64,000 nt of DNA from Nitrosopumilus sp. Its GTDB lineage: Archaea > Thermoproteota > Nitrososphaeria > Nitrososphaerales > Nitrosopumilaceae. The translations under genes and the position numbers were made by a program. Positions 9,785 through 19,672 of the stretch are shown piece after piece. The stretch covers positions 832,001 to 896,000 of the forward strand of contig OZ244732.1 of NCBI GenBank assembly GCA_965219345.1, given 5' to 3'. The notes beneath the pieces were generated by a model that made no database searches, was not told the origin of the DNA, and saw only the letters and a list, made by a program, of their open reading frames with translations. How positions within the stretch are numbered: the first letter of the stretch is position 1; each line of letters starts with the position of its first letter.

Positions 9785-11941
9785 ATGAAAAAACATTATA
9801 TTTTAGGATTTTTGCTTTTACTTACATCTACCATTGCAATGTTACCAAGCAGTGTTTATGCTATTGAAGCAATTGATTCTGATGGGGATGGCGTCTCTAA
9901 TGATGTGGATTTCTGTCCTTCTCTTTTAGAAGACTATGAGGGTACTATTGATGGCTGCCCATCAAACTTTGTTCCATGGTATGATGCTGACAGTGATGGA
10001 CTACAAGATCATCTTGATAATTGTCCAACTGTAAAGGAAAATTACAATAGATTCCAAGACGAAGACGGATGTCCTGACTTGTCACCCGATGACACAAAAG
10101 ATATTGCTGATTCTGATGATGATGGGTATCCTGATTACGTAGACTTGTGTCCGACCCAACCAGAGACATTCAATGGTATTGATGACAAGGACGGCTGCCC
10201 TGATGATATCTTTTCTTTACTAGATAGTGATCAAGATGGAATTTCTGATTCTTTGGATACATGTCCATTAAAACCCGAAACTTACAATAGGTTCCAAGAT
10301 AATGACGGCTGTCCTGATCCTATTAATGAAGTAGACTCAACCTATACTTTTCCAGATTCTGACGGTGATGGAGTTGATGATAGATGGGATCAATGTATTG
10401 ATGAGCCAGAAAACTATAACAGTTATCTAGATAGCGACGGCTGCCCAGATGTATCTGGTGTAACCTCTGGTTTAATTGATTCTGATTTTGATACTATTCA
10501 AGATGAAAATGATGCTTGTCCATTGGAACGTGAGAATTTTAACAAATTCCAAGACGAAGACGGATGTCCTGATATGCTTGAACTTCCAATTGTAGATGAT
10601 CTTGATCATGATGGAATTCCAAATAGTATTGATCAGTGTCCAAATTTTAAAGAAAAATATAACAAATTCCAAGACGAAGACGGCTGCCCTGATTTTATAA
10701 CAGACAATAGATATACTGCTGATACTGACGGTGACAGTATTCCAGATCAATTGGACTTGTGTCCAACCCAACCAGAGACATACAATGGGTTCCAGGATGG
10801 TGACGGCTGCCCCGATCGTTTTGATTCCAAACTTGATTCTGATATGGATGGCATTGTAGATGTATTCGATACATGTCCACTAGAACCTGAAACATACAAC
10901 TTTTACTTGGACGATGACGGCTGTCCCGATTCAGTTGATACAGTAGACTCAACCTACGCTTTCTCAGATGCTGACGGTGATGGAGTTGATGACAGATGGG
11001 ATCAATGTATTGATGAGCAAGAGAACTTTAATGGATACTTGGATTGGGACGGCTGCCCAGATGTTAAGGGTACAATCTCTGAAAGTTTGATTGATTCCGA
11101 TTATGATTATATTCCAGATCATTTAGACAATTGTCCAACATTAGCTGAAAGATACAATGGACTACAAGACGAAGACGGCTGTCCTGACAGTATTGATTTC
11201 CAAATAGTTGGTGATTCTGACGGTGATGCTATTCATGATGATGTAGATGAATGTCCTCTTGCTAAAGAAACCTACAACAAATTCCAAGACGAAGACGGAT
11301 GTCCTGATCCTATACCAAACTACTGGTTTGGCGCTGATACTGACGGTGACAATATTCAAGATCAATTAGACTTGTGTCCAACACAGCCAGAGACATACAA
11401 TGGGTTCCTAGATAGCGACGGTTGCCCAGATAAACAATCATCTATACTTGATTCTGATATGGATGGGATTGTAGATGTCTTAGATACATGCCCACTAGAA
11501 TCTGAAACCTACAACAAATTCCAAGACGAAGACGGATGTCCTGATTCAACTGGCTCTGCTGTGTCATTTTATAGCTTCACAGATGCTGACGGTGATGGAA
11601 TTGATGACAGATGGGATACATGTCTTGATGAGCAAGAGAACTTTAATGGATACTTGGATTGGGACGGCTGCCCAGATGTGTTAGCAGCTGAATCTACAAT
11701 ACCAACAATACTTGATGCTGATGATGATGGATTCAGTGATGCTTTTGATTTATGTCCAACAAGCCCTGAAACATGGAACAAGTACAATGATCATGACGGT
11801 TGCCCAGATATTGCTCCAGAGCAACAGAGATTTGTTCATGATGATGATCTAGACGGCATTATCAACAACGAAGATTTGTGTCCTCTAGAACCTGAGGATT
11901 ATGATGGTGACAGAGACGAAGATGGCTGTAGAGATAATTAG
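9785..11941 (+). CDS. secreted thrombospondin type-3-like repeat protein 3
   Basis: 5' end is near-identical to gene 2; same modules and C-terminal cap. Confidence 0.92.
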   Translation: MKKHYILGFLLLLTSTIAMLPSSVYAIEAIDSDGDGVSNDVDFCPSLLEDYEGTIDGCPSNFVPWYDADSDGLQDHLDNCPTVKENYNRFQDEDGCPDLSPDDTKDIADSDDDGYPDYVDLCPTQPETFNGIDDKDGCPDDIFSLLDSDQDGISDSLDTCPLKPETYNRFQDNDGCPDPINEVDSTYTFPDSDGDGVDDRWDQCIDEPENYNSYLDSDGCPDVSGVTSGLIDSDFDTIQDENDACPLERENFNKFQDEDGCPDMLELPIVDDLDHDGIPNSIDQCPNFKEKYNKFQDEDGCPDFITDNRYTADTDGDSIPDQLDLCPTQPETYNGFQDGDGCPDRFDSKLDSDMDGIVDVFDTCPLEPETYNFYLDDDGCPDSVDTVDSTYAFSDADGDGVDDRWDQCIDEQENFNGYLDWDGCPDVKGTISESLIDSDYDYIPDHLDNCPTLAERYNGLQDEDGCPDSIDFQIVGDSDGDAIHDDVDECPLAKETYNKFQDEDGCPDPIPNYWFGADTDGDNIQDQLDLCPTQPETYNGFLDSDGCPDKQSSILDSDMDGIVDVLDTCPLESETYNKFQDEDGCPDSTGSAVSFYSFTDADGDGIDDRWDTCLDEQENFNGYLDWDGCPDVLAAESTIPTILDADDDGFSDAFDLCPTSPETWNKYNDHDGCPDIAPEQQRFVHDDDLDGIINNEDLCPLEPEDYDGDRDEDGCRDN

Positions 11942-12002
11942 AGCAAACTTTTTTGCACAAATTTTTGCCACAGTAAATATATTTAAATCATAAAATTACC
12001 TC

Positions 12003-12965
12003 ATGCTTCCAAAATTCTCTAGTAGGGCATTTTTAGCTCCTATGGCAGGAGTAAGTAATCCTGCACTTCGATTACAATGTAAACAAAAGGGAGCTGGTCT
12101 CGTTGTTACTGAATTTACTAACATTCATAGTATTATTGCAAAAGAAAAACAACTTAAAAAAAATACTAAAACAATACAAGAATTTATTGAATATTCGGAA
12201 CAAGAACGTCCTATTTCAGTTCAGTTATTTGGTTCTGATCTTCTTGCGTTAGAAAAAGCTGCAAAGATTGTAGAACCTTATTTTGATATTATTGACTATA
12301 ACATGGGATGCCCTGCGCCACATATTACTCAACAAATGGCGGGTGGCGCGCTTCTACAAGAAATAAATCTAACCCAACAAATTTTCAGCACTCTTGTTAA
12401 TGCTGTAAAAAAACCTGTAACACTAAAAATTCGTTCTGGAGTGACAGATGCTAGCAAATTTCTATTTAGGGAAATTGCTGAAATTGCAGAAGATGAAGGA
12501 ATTCAGATGATAACTCTTCACCCCAGAACTGTTAGTCAAGGTTATTCTGGAAGTTCAGATTGGAAGATGATTAAAGAACTTAAAGAAATATCCAACATTC
12601 CAATTGTTGGAAATGGGGATATTGTAACCCCTGAAGATGCTAAAACTATGATTGATGAGACTAGTTGTGATTATGTAATGATTGGCCGTGGTGCAATGGG
12701 AAATCCATTCTTGTTTGAACAAATAAATGATTATCTCAAAACCAACTCTTACAATGAATACTCTTTCAAGGACAGATTGGACTCATTTTTTGATTATTTG
12801 CATCTTACCAATCAATACAAAATCAAATTTGCCAATATCAAAAGTCAAGCAATGAGATTTACAAAAGGCATGAAAGGAGGTTCTAAATTACGTTCAAAAA
12901 TTACTTTTACGAAAAATATTAAAGAACTTGAGAAAATTATGAATAACGCATACACATCATCTTAG
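12003..12965 (+). CDS. dus: tRNA-dihydrouridine synthase family protein
   Basis: LAPMAGV, QLFGSD, NMGCP, LHPRT, GNGDI and VMIGRGA motifs. Confidence 0.93.
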   Translation: MLPKFSSRAFLAPMAGVSNPALRLQCKQKGAGLVVTEFTNIHSIIAKEKQLKKNTKTIQEFIEYSEQERPISVQLFGSDLLALEKAAKIVEPYFDIIDYNMGCPAPHITQQMAGGALLQEINLTQQIFSTLVNAVKKPVTLKIRSGVTDASKFLFREIAEIAEDEGIQMITLHPRTVSQGYSGSSDWKMIKELKEISNIPIVGNGDIVTPEDAKTMIDETSCDYVMIGRGAMGNPFLFEQINDYLKTNSYNEYSFKDRLDSFFDYLHLTNQYKIKFANIKSQAMRFTKGMKGGSKLRSKITFTKNIKELEKIMNNAYTSS

Positions 12966-13105
12966 AAATTCATTAATTTGTTGTATATTACTTTACATTT
13001 GTTTATGATTTAACCTAAATTGATATTGGATTTTTAGGCAAACTAGACCATTCTTATATATTTCAAGATGGCATTTTATGTATGAAAATAGGAATTGAAT
13101 CATAA

Positions 13106-13345
13106 TTGGCAACAGCTTATGTTCTCATAAACTGTGAGCTCGGTTCTGAAGAAGCAGTAATATCAGAACTAAAATCAATTGAAGGAGTTGTTGAAGTACA
13201 TGGTACATTTGGTGCATATGATATCTTGGCTAAAGTAAAATCCGACCAGGTAGAAGCACTACGTGAGACTATTACTTGGAAGATAAGAAAAATTCCTAAA
13301 ATCAGATCAACTCTGACATTAATGGGGATTGAAGGACAAGAATAA
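13106..13345 (+). CDS. stand-alone Lrp/AsnC ligand-binding (RAM) domain protein
   Basis: AYVLINCELGSE...EVHGTFGAYDILAKV pattern; no HTH. Confidence 0.88.
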   Translation: MATAYVLINCELGSEEAVISELKSIEGVVEVHGTFGAYDILAKVKSDQVEALRETITWKIRKIPKIRSTLTLMGIEGQE

Positions 13346-13565
13346 TCCTTCAAAATCCTTTGCTTTTATACTTAGATTGTAATACATACTATCCCTTCAA
13401 AAAACACGTCCCCCAAAGGGATACCACACTGAGAGAACGGAGTTATTCTCTCAGCAGAATTATAACAAATGAAATGATTATGTGGTTTTATTCAAATTTT
13501 ATGATAAAATTAATTGGTTATTGCATTATCCTCTGACCTTTTTAGTATAGAAAAAAGGGAAAATT

Positions 13566-13742
13566 ATGAAAAGTGATGAAAAAAGATCTCATAGGCTAAA
13601 CTATCTTTTGAAGTACTATTTGATTAATCCAAAAGAAAATGATCTCTATCAAAGAGCCAAACAAATGGGAGTATCAGATTCTACTGCAAAGGATTACATC
13701 AGAACAGTCATTATTCAAGCCCAAAAAATCTATTCAAAATAG
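13566..13742 (+). CDS. 58-aa hypothetical protein (below the ORF-track cut-off), HTH-like
   Basis: Hand translation MKSDEKRSHRLNYLLKYYLINPKENDLYQRAKQMGVSDSTAKDYIRTVIIQAQKIYSK*. Confidence 0.65.
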   Translation: MKSDEKRSHRLNYLLKYYLINPKENDLYQRAKQMGVSDSTAKDYIRTVIIQAQKIYSK

Positions 13743-13850
13743 ATTTATGGATTATTTAAAAAATTGAATTAAACCTATTTTTTCTCATGAAGGAATCATT
13801 AGTAATCTTAAACAAGGTATTCATAAATAATCAAAGAAGAGAAAATACAC

Positions 13851-14537
13851 ATGGCTGATTCATTACTTGATGATGTAAAGGCTCTTTTGGACAAGGACTT
13901 GGGAGATGACCGAATTTTAAAGCAAATTTGTAGGGCTTGTGAAAATGATGAAGCCATTAGCAATTATGAAAAAAATTATGTTAGAGAATTAGCAGAAAAG
14001 CATCTAGGAAGAAGACCAGAAGTTGTTCAAACCCAATTATCTGTTGAAGAAACTCCAATAATTCCAGATGTTGTTATCCCAGAAACTCCACCTGTTCAAA
14101 AAATTCAGACATTTCAACCTTCTCCGCCAAGAATATTATCCTCTTTTTCAAAAAATTCAAAATTAATGTTAGGTTTTGGTGGTGTTGCTTTGGTAATAAT
14201 TGTTGCAATTGCTGCTTCATTTAATGGCGTTTCTGATGTAATACCAACTGACTCAATTTCAGATACTTTATCAATTCAAACTGATTTATCATCCTATAAT
14301 GAAAAAGACATTATTTCAATTAGTGGCATATCTGATACCTCAGGAACTGTGAACCTTTCAATTGAAAATAAAAATAATGAACTTGTATGGGCAGAACAAG
14401 TTTCTCTAAAAAGTGATGGAAAATATTCAACATTAGCTATTGCTGGAGGCCCAGGATGGGAAAGTTCTGGTACTTATACAATCTACATAGACAATGGCAA
14501 AGAAGCAAAATCCAATACATTTTCATTTACTGTATAA
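13851..14537 (+). CDS. single-pass membrane protein with C-terminal beta-sandwich-like domain
   Basis: Pro-rich linker, TM segment LMLGFGGVALVIIVAIAA, and GTYTI strand. Confidence 0.75.
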   Translation: MADSLLDDVKALLDKDLGDDRILKQICRACENDEAISNYEKNYVRELAEKHLGRRPEVVQTQLSVEETPIIPDVVIPETPPVQKIQTFQPSPPRILSSFSKNSKLMLGFGGVALVIIVAIAASFNGVSDVIPTDSISDTLSIQTDLSSYNEKDIISISGISDTSGTVNLSIENKNNELVWAEQVSLKSDGKYSTLAIAGGPGWESSGTYTIYIDNGKEAKSNTFSFTV

Positions 14538-15114
14538 TTCTTTCAAATTCCTTCCAATGAAAATCAACCATATCTCTAAGCTTCTCTACACTAATTTCTT
14601 CCATATATTCACGATAAACTATGAATTTGTTTTGTCTACCTGAACCTTTACCATAAGTATCATTGGTGTTTTTTGGAATTGCCCCCGATTTCCATTGAGT
14701 CATCTCAAAAACCCATATTGTTGAGTCTGGATTTGAAAAATCAATGTCATCACATCCAACAACATAAAGAAAACATTTTGTTGATAGGTTTAACTTTTCA
14801 TGTAATTTTTCATATGCTATCATTTGACCTTTAGGAATATTGATCTTATCATTATGGAATCCTTTGAATTCCAAGATTACAAAACTTCCTTTGTGTTCAA
14901 TAAGCCAATCTATATCGGTTCCCCCTGAAGCTATCATTCCATGAACAATTAGATTACCCAAAACTTCTCTTCCACGAGTAAATTCTGATTCGTTAAAAAT
15001 CTGATATTTTGCCTTTGGGCTTTTACGAATAATTTGTTTAGAATTATGTTTAGAATGGATTGGATTTTCCTTTTCGTATATAGTATCAATCAATTCGTTC
15101 GTATCATTTACCAT
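14527..15114 (-). CDS. hypothetical protein with PD-(D/E)XK nuclease-like motif
   Basis: TDID...VILEFK followed by a GQ..AYE helix. Confidence 0.55.
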   Translation of the reverse strand: MVNDTNELIDTIYEKENPIHSKHNSKQIIRKSPKAKYQIFNESEFTRGREVLGNLIVHGMIASGGTDIDWLIEHKGSFVILEFKGFHNDKINIPKGQMIAYEKLHEKLNLSTKCFLYVVGCDDIDFSNPDSTIWVFEMTQWKSGAIPKNTNDTYGKGSGRQNKFIVYREYMEEISVEKLRDMVDFHWKEFERIIQ

Positions 15115-15184
15115 AATGCTGAAATTTTTAACTTGATGATAAGAGAGTTTGTAAAATTTAGTAAAGTTAAACTATTTTTCTGAT

Positions 15185-15406
15185 TTATCTACAGCAAAAT
15201 TCTCCTCCTGCCCCCTTATATAAAACAAAATATTCATTCTGATTCTTTCTGTCTTTTTTACTATTCAAAGCATCTTGATACATTTCAAAATGCTCAACTA
15301 GATACAATTGATTTTCAGAATCTGCAAAATAGTCTATTCCAACTAAATCAAATCCAGATTCAGGAGTCAGTTTGATCTTTTCTTTTTCGAAGATGTCTTT
15401 AGTCAA
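15185..15406 (-). CDS. small hypothetical protein
   Basis: 73-aa ORF co-oriented downstream of tbp. Confidence 0.65.
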   Translation of the reverse strand: MTKDIFEKEKIKLTPESGFDLVGIDYFADSENQLYLVEHFEMYQDALNSKKDRKNQNEYFVLYKGAGGEFCCR

Positions 15407-15441
15407 TTTTTAATTTTTTGAAATATTTGAATTTAGAAAAA

Positions 15442-16005
15442 TTATTGATCATAAATCATTAGTTTCTTTTCTTCTAATAACGCATGCAAGTTATGAATAG
15501 AACGATAAACATCAGATTCTTTTTTAGCACCGGTACATACCAATTTTCCTGATGCAAATAATAATATCACAGTTTTTGGATCAAGCATTCTATGTATAAG
15601 TCCCGGAAATTGCTCTGGTTCATACATACTTCTTGGTAATGTTCTTGCTGCTTGTTCTAAGTGAATTTTACCACCAAGATTAATTGCAGCTACAATATTT
15701 TGTACCGTAATTACCGCATCTTTTTTTACTTTTACTTTTCCCCTTCTTAGTTTTTGAACAACTGTGTTTACAGCTTTGATTGCCATATCTTCAGATTTAG
15801 CACCGGTACACACCATCTTTCCTGTTCTAAAAATTAAGGTTGCAGTTCTAGGGCTCTTTAATCTAAAAACAAGTCCAGGAAATTGTTCAGGATGATATTC
15901 AGTATCTGGAAATTTTTTTGTAATTTCAATTAGATCAAGTTTTTGGTCAACCGATGCAGATGCAACTACATTTTCAACACTAACAATTGGCTTTGTTTGA
16001 GGCAT
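15442..16005 (-). CDS. tbp: TATA-box-binding protein
   Basis: Two repeats of YxPEQFPGL..R...P....L.F.(T/S)GK.VCTGAK. Confidence 0.98.
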   Translation of the reverse strand: MPQTKPIVSVENVVASASVDQKLDLIEITKKFPDTEYHPEQFPGLVFRLKSPRTATLIFRTGKMVCTGAKSEDMAIKAVNTVVQKLRRGKVKVKKDAVITVQNIVAAINLGGKIHLEQAARTLPRSMYEPEQFPGLIHRMLDPKTVILLFASGKLVCTGAKKESDVYRSIHNLHALLEEKKLMIYDQ

Positions 16006-16070
16006 AACACCGGACTTTAAATAGACCTTTATATATACTAGTGAGACTTTGCTTGAAACCTTGAGTTAAT

Positions 16071-16526
16071 CTAATGGTGTCCTATCCATTGATAACGATA
16101 TTCTTCATCAATGATATCTGCAACTATCTCCTTGTTTTTGATTTTTATTTTAGGAAAATCTATCTCAAAAAATCCCAATTTACCTTTACATGGAACTGGA
16201 ATTCTAAATGATTTTATATTTTTTAACATAAATCCAAAAGTTCTATCATGAAAATTTTTTGAAGCTAAATGAAATTTTTGATCTGCTTTTACTTCCTTAA
16301 TTGAGTTATATTTTTTTACTTCATAAAGTTCTGCTTTGCCAATTATTGCGCCTGTAACTAATTTCTTATTTATTTTTAATCTCTTACAATCTTCTGTTCT
16401 AATTTTAACTGGAGCATGGATCAAAAATTCTCCACGGAAATTTGTACTCCATTTTCTCAATTCAATAATTTTTTTACCAGAAATTATTAAATCTGCAAAT
16501 GGTTGAGATACTGATAGACATTTCAA
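16071..16526 (-). CDS. ASCH domain protein
   Basis: LSVSQPFADLIISGKKIIELR...RGEFLIHA and GKLGFF. TTG at 16526 lies just after the upstream stop. Confidence 0.88.
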   Translation of the reverse strand: MKCLSVSQPFADLIISGKKIIELRKWSTNFRGEFLIHAPVKIRTEDCKRLKINKKLVTGAIIGKAELYEVKKYNSIKEVKADQKFHLASKNFHDRTFGFMLKNIKSFRIPVPCKGKLGFFEIDFPKIKIKNKEIVADIIDEEYRYQWIGHH

Positions 16527-16530
16527 AATA

Positions 16531-18081
16531 TCATTCAGTAGCTGCTTTAATAAATTCCCCAGGATTTTTACCAATTCCTTCGGGCAAATTAGTTATTCCA
16601 CCATTCAAGCTTTCAGTTACTATGCCTTTACTTGCAAGAACTTGAGCAGTCGTTAATGATGTGTTTCCAGCCATGCAAATTAACAATGATTTACCTTTAG
16701 AGCCGTCTAGTTCTTTGCCAAGCTCTTCTGGAATTTGCTGTGTTGATAATAATTCATTGATAGTGCTTGCTTTTGGGATTGCAATTTTTTCTTTAGCTAT
16801 TCCTAAAGATTTAGCAATCATTTCAATCCCTGCTTCTTTTGGAGTATATTGAGGATGGACCCAAATTATTTTATCATAATCTTGAACACTAGATACTGCT
16901 TCATCCAATGAAACTTGAATACGCTGACTAGTTGACATTGCTTCTAGATTTTTTCTATATTTCTCTATACCGTCAGCAACTACAACTACATATTTTCCTT
17001 TATCTCCATCACTCACCATTTCTAATATGGTATATAGTGCAAGTGCTGTGCTTTCACCAATGTTGTGACCTTTATCTACAAAGAATTTTAGTAAATGTTT
17101 TGCCTGCCCAAAATCAATCTCATGCTCTGCGGCATATGCATCTGGATTGTACAACTTTAGCCCGTCTGCTTTGGCCTTCGTTCTAATTCCTGCAACGTCT
17201 TGGCCTGCGGGCGGAAATACCACATGTACAGATTTCTTTCCGTATTTTTCATTCATGTATTTACTTAATCCGCCGGATGTACCACCTGTTCCAAAAGAAC
17301 AAAGTATCCTATAATCTTCTAATGAATCTCCATTTTCATGTAATTGCTGATCAATTTCTACTGCGGTAATTGTTCTATGAGCTTCAATGTTTAATTCATT
17401 ATCGTATTGTTCCGGACAGAAACAACCATAAATTTTTGAAATTAGTTTTGCTAGATTAATAATATCTTCTGCAGCCAATAGTTTTTCAATTTCCTCAATG
17501 GACTCATCAAATTTTGTAGGATCAAAACCCAATTCGGCTAATTGAGAGCGTATGTTTCCGGCAGTTGCTTTTGCTTTTAACGCATCAGCATCAGCATCTT
17601 TCATTCCGGGAGCAGGACAAATATCCATGTCTAGATCCATTATGCGAATATTTTCATTTCTTAATTCCTTAAAGACCCCTTCTTGTAATTTTCTTGAAAC
17701 AAGAGAAACAACAGTCAATCCTAGTTTTGACATTTGACCAAGAGCAATTCCAAAATTTCCTGATGTTGCCTCAATTATTGTTTGATTACCATTCAGCTTT
17801 CCTGTTTTAATTGCATCATGCATGATGTAAATGGCGGGTCTGATTTTGATTGAACCCGATACCAAGTTAGAATCAAATTTTCCATATACTTTCAAGTCCA
17901 AATCTGAAATATCCAATTTGTAAAGGTTTTTTGCACATTCCTTAAGATCACTAGTAAGATCAACTAATGGTGTGGCATTGATTACTTTGCCTTCTTCTAA
18001 ATGTGGAATTTTATTCCATATCTCTTGTTCAAAGCGTTCAAGAAGTACGTTATCAGTATTGATTCCTTTGATTTCTTCCAA
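16531..18081 (-). CDS. PLP-dependent cysteine-synthase-like protein fused to a C-terminal rhodanese domain
   Basis: SGSIKIR (PLP lysine), EATSGNFG and GTGGT; C-terminal LICMAGNTS...SLNGGI rhodanese pattern. Confidence 0.85.
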   Translation of the reverse strand: MEEIKGINTDNVLLERFEQEIWNKIPHLEEGKVINATPLVDLTSDLKECAKNLYKLDISDLDLKVYGKFDSNLVSGSIKIRPAIYIMHDAIKTGKLNGNQTIIEATSGNFGIALGQMSKLGLTVVSLVSRKLQEGVFKELRNENIRIMDLDMDICPAPGMKDADADALKAKATAGNIRSQLAELGFDPTKFDESIEEIEKLLAAEDIINLAKLISKIYGCFCPEQYDNELNIEAHRTITAVEIDQQLHENGDSLEDYRILCSFGTGGTSGGLSKYMNEKYGKKSVHVVFPPAGQDVAGIRTKAKADGLKLYNPDAYAAEHEIDFGQAKHLLKFFVDKGHNIGESTALALYTILEMVSDGDKGKYVVVVADGIEKYRKNLEAMSTSQRIQVSLDEAVSSVQDYDKIIWVHPQYTPKEAGIEMIAKSLGIAKEKIAIPKASTINELLSTQQIPEELGKELDGSKGKSLLICMAGNTSLTTAQVLASKGIVTESLNGGITNLPEGIGKNPGEFIKAATE

Positions 18082-18109
18082 AAGTCTTTCTCCTAAAAAT
18101 TCTAATGAA

Positions 18110-19672
18110 TTATCCTTCTAAAATACTAATCACTTTACTTGGAATATCGTTTAGTCTACTAACTGCCACAGTTTTTTCATATCCTAAATGTTTTAGATTA
18201 TTTGCTATGGTAGTAGCCCTTATCGTATTTGGGCCCAAGCCTAAAGCCACCATATTGATGCCTAATCTTTTGAAAGATTTTGTCATATTTCTTACTGCAT
18301 TAGGATCTGATGGTTCACCATCAGTTAGTGTCAAAAAAATATCTGGTCTTTTTGATTGTAACATTGGAAACATTTTATCATAAACTTCTGCTAGAGGAGT
18401 TGATCCATTGGCAACGATCTGTGCTAATCGTTTTGCCGTAATATTATTCCATTTAACATTATCTTTTTTTATAGACCAGCAAACCACAGATCTGTTTTGA
18501 GTACTAAATGCATATACTGCAAATTTTACCTTAAGAAAAGCTAAAACTTCACAAAGTGCCAGAGTTGCCTTTTTGTATTCTAGAGCATCTGATGCAATAC
18601 TTGATGAGTGATCCAACAAAATTACAATTTTGGTTTTAATGGATTTTTTTATATCTGTAAAAAATGGTTCATGGCCCTCAATGTAATTTTCTTCATCAAG
18701 CTCATCTCCTGATCTTTGATGTTGTTCTTTCCATCCATATTTCCATTCCTTAAATTTAATTTTTAATCGATTAATCAAATTCATATCATATATGGTAGTT
18801 TCATTAACATTCTTTGTAGACGGAATTTGAATTCCTATTGCTTCCGGACTTAATCCTTTATTTTCCATTTTTTTGTTTTCATCAAGTAATACTTTATACT
18901 CATCATAGACATTTTTTCCTCTTAATATAGATGCTGAATTAGCTGAACCAAAATCCCCTTCTCTGTTTTTAGAAATTATTTTTAGAATCTTCAATAATTC
19001 TTCTTCTGATAATGCCATCCCTGCTTTCATAAAAGGTAAGGATACCGGTATTGTAAGAAGTGAATCAATATCTAAAATCTTGATTATCTCACTTACATTT
19101 TTTTCAAGCCAATCTGTATCATACTTCTCCTCAATCGCTTTGTTAACATTTTTTTTTGCAAATACAGTTGCTTTTTTTATTTTTTCGAAATGACTAGATT
19201 GAATTTCTCCTTTAATTGCCCCAAACATGAAATATTGATAAAATGCCTCTACAATCCTTGCTTTTCCATAAACTGTGTTTAGTTGAGGTCTTGCTACTAG
19301 CATATAGGCATAGTTGAAGATAATCTCACCATCCATTCCTTTCCAAATTTTCCTGCCTAATCGTTCAATTCTTTGTGTTTCCATTGTATTAAGAATAAAT
19401 CCAAATGCATGATCATTGCTAAGAATCTTTTTACAAAATTTTACTCTCATTGCTTCATACCATAATGACGTTCGGAATTGACGATATTTTTGAAAATCAC
19501 TCCCAATTCTTTTTTCAAGTGGTGTTATGATTACTTTTTTTTCATTAAGCCTTGTTCTGGTTTCCATCTTATCTGAGATTTCTACAATCATTTTATCTTC
19601 TTCAGACCATCTTCTTACAAGAAAGGTAGCAATCTCTACTATTGATTCGTTTTGAAGTTGAATTGCTTGCAT
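18110..19672 (-). CDS. von Willebrand factor A domain protein (NorD/CobT-like partner of MoxR ATPases)
   Basis: MIDAS motif LLDHSSSI, GSTPL and LTDGEP. Confidence 0.9.
   Translation of the reverse strand: MQAIQLQNESIVEIATFLVRRWSEEDKMIVEISDKMETRTRLNEKKVIITPLEKRIGSDFQKYRQFRTSLWYEAMRVKFCKKILSNDHAFGFILNTMETQRIERLGRKIWKGMDGEIIFNYAYMLVARPQLNTVYGKARIVEAFYQYFMFGAIKGEIQSSHFEKIKKATVFAKKNVNKAIEEKYDTDWLEKNVSEIIKILDIDSLLTIPVSLPFMKAGMALSEEELLKILKIISKNREGDFGSANSASILRGKNVYDEYKVLLDENKKMENKGLSPEAIGIQIPSTKNVNETTIYDMNLINRLKIKFKEWKYGWKEQHQRSGDELDEENYIEGHEPFFTDIKKSIKTKIVILLDHSSSIASDALEYKKATLALCEVLAFLKVKFAVYAFSTQNRSVVCWSIKKDNVKWNNITAKRLAQIVANGSTPLAEVYDKMFPMLQSKRPDIFLTLTDGEPSDPNAVRNMTKSFKRLGINMVALGLGPNTIRATTIANNLKHLGYEKTVAVSRLNDIPSKVISILEG

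Noticed and set aside
4052-11787. Alternative-frame and antisense ORFs within the TSP3 genes
   Set aside because: Shadow ORFs produced by repetitive Asp/Gly/Cys codon usage.
3892-11941. TSP3 repeats as diversity-generating retroelement template/variable repeats
   Set aside because: No reverse transcriptase in the window, and differences between copies are not adenine-specific.
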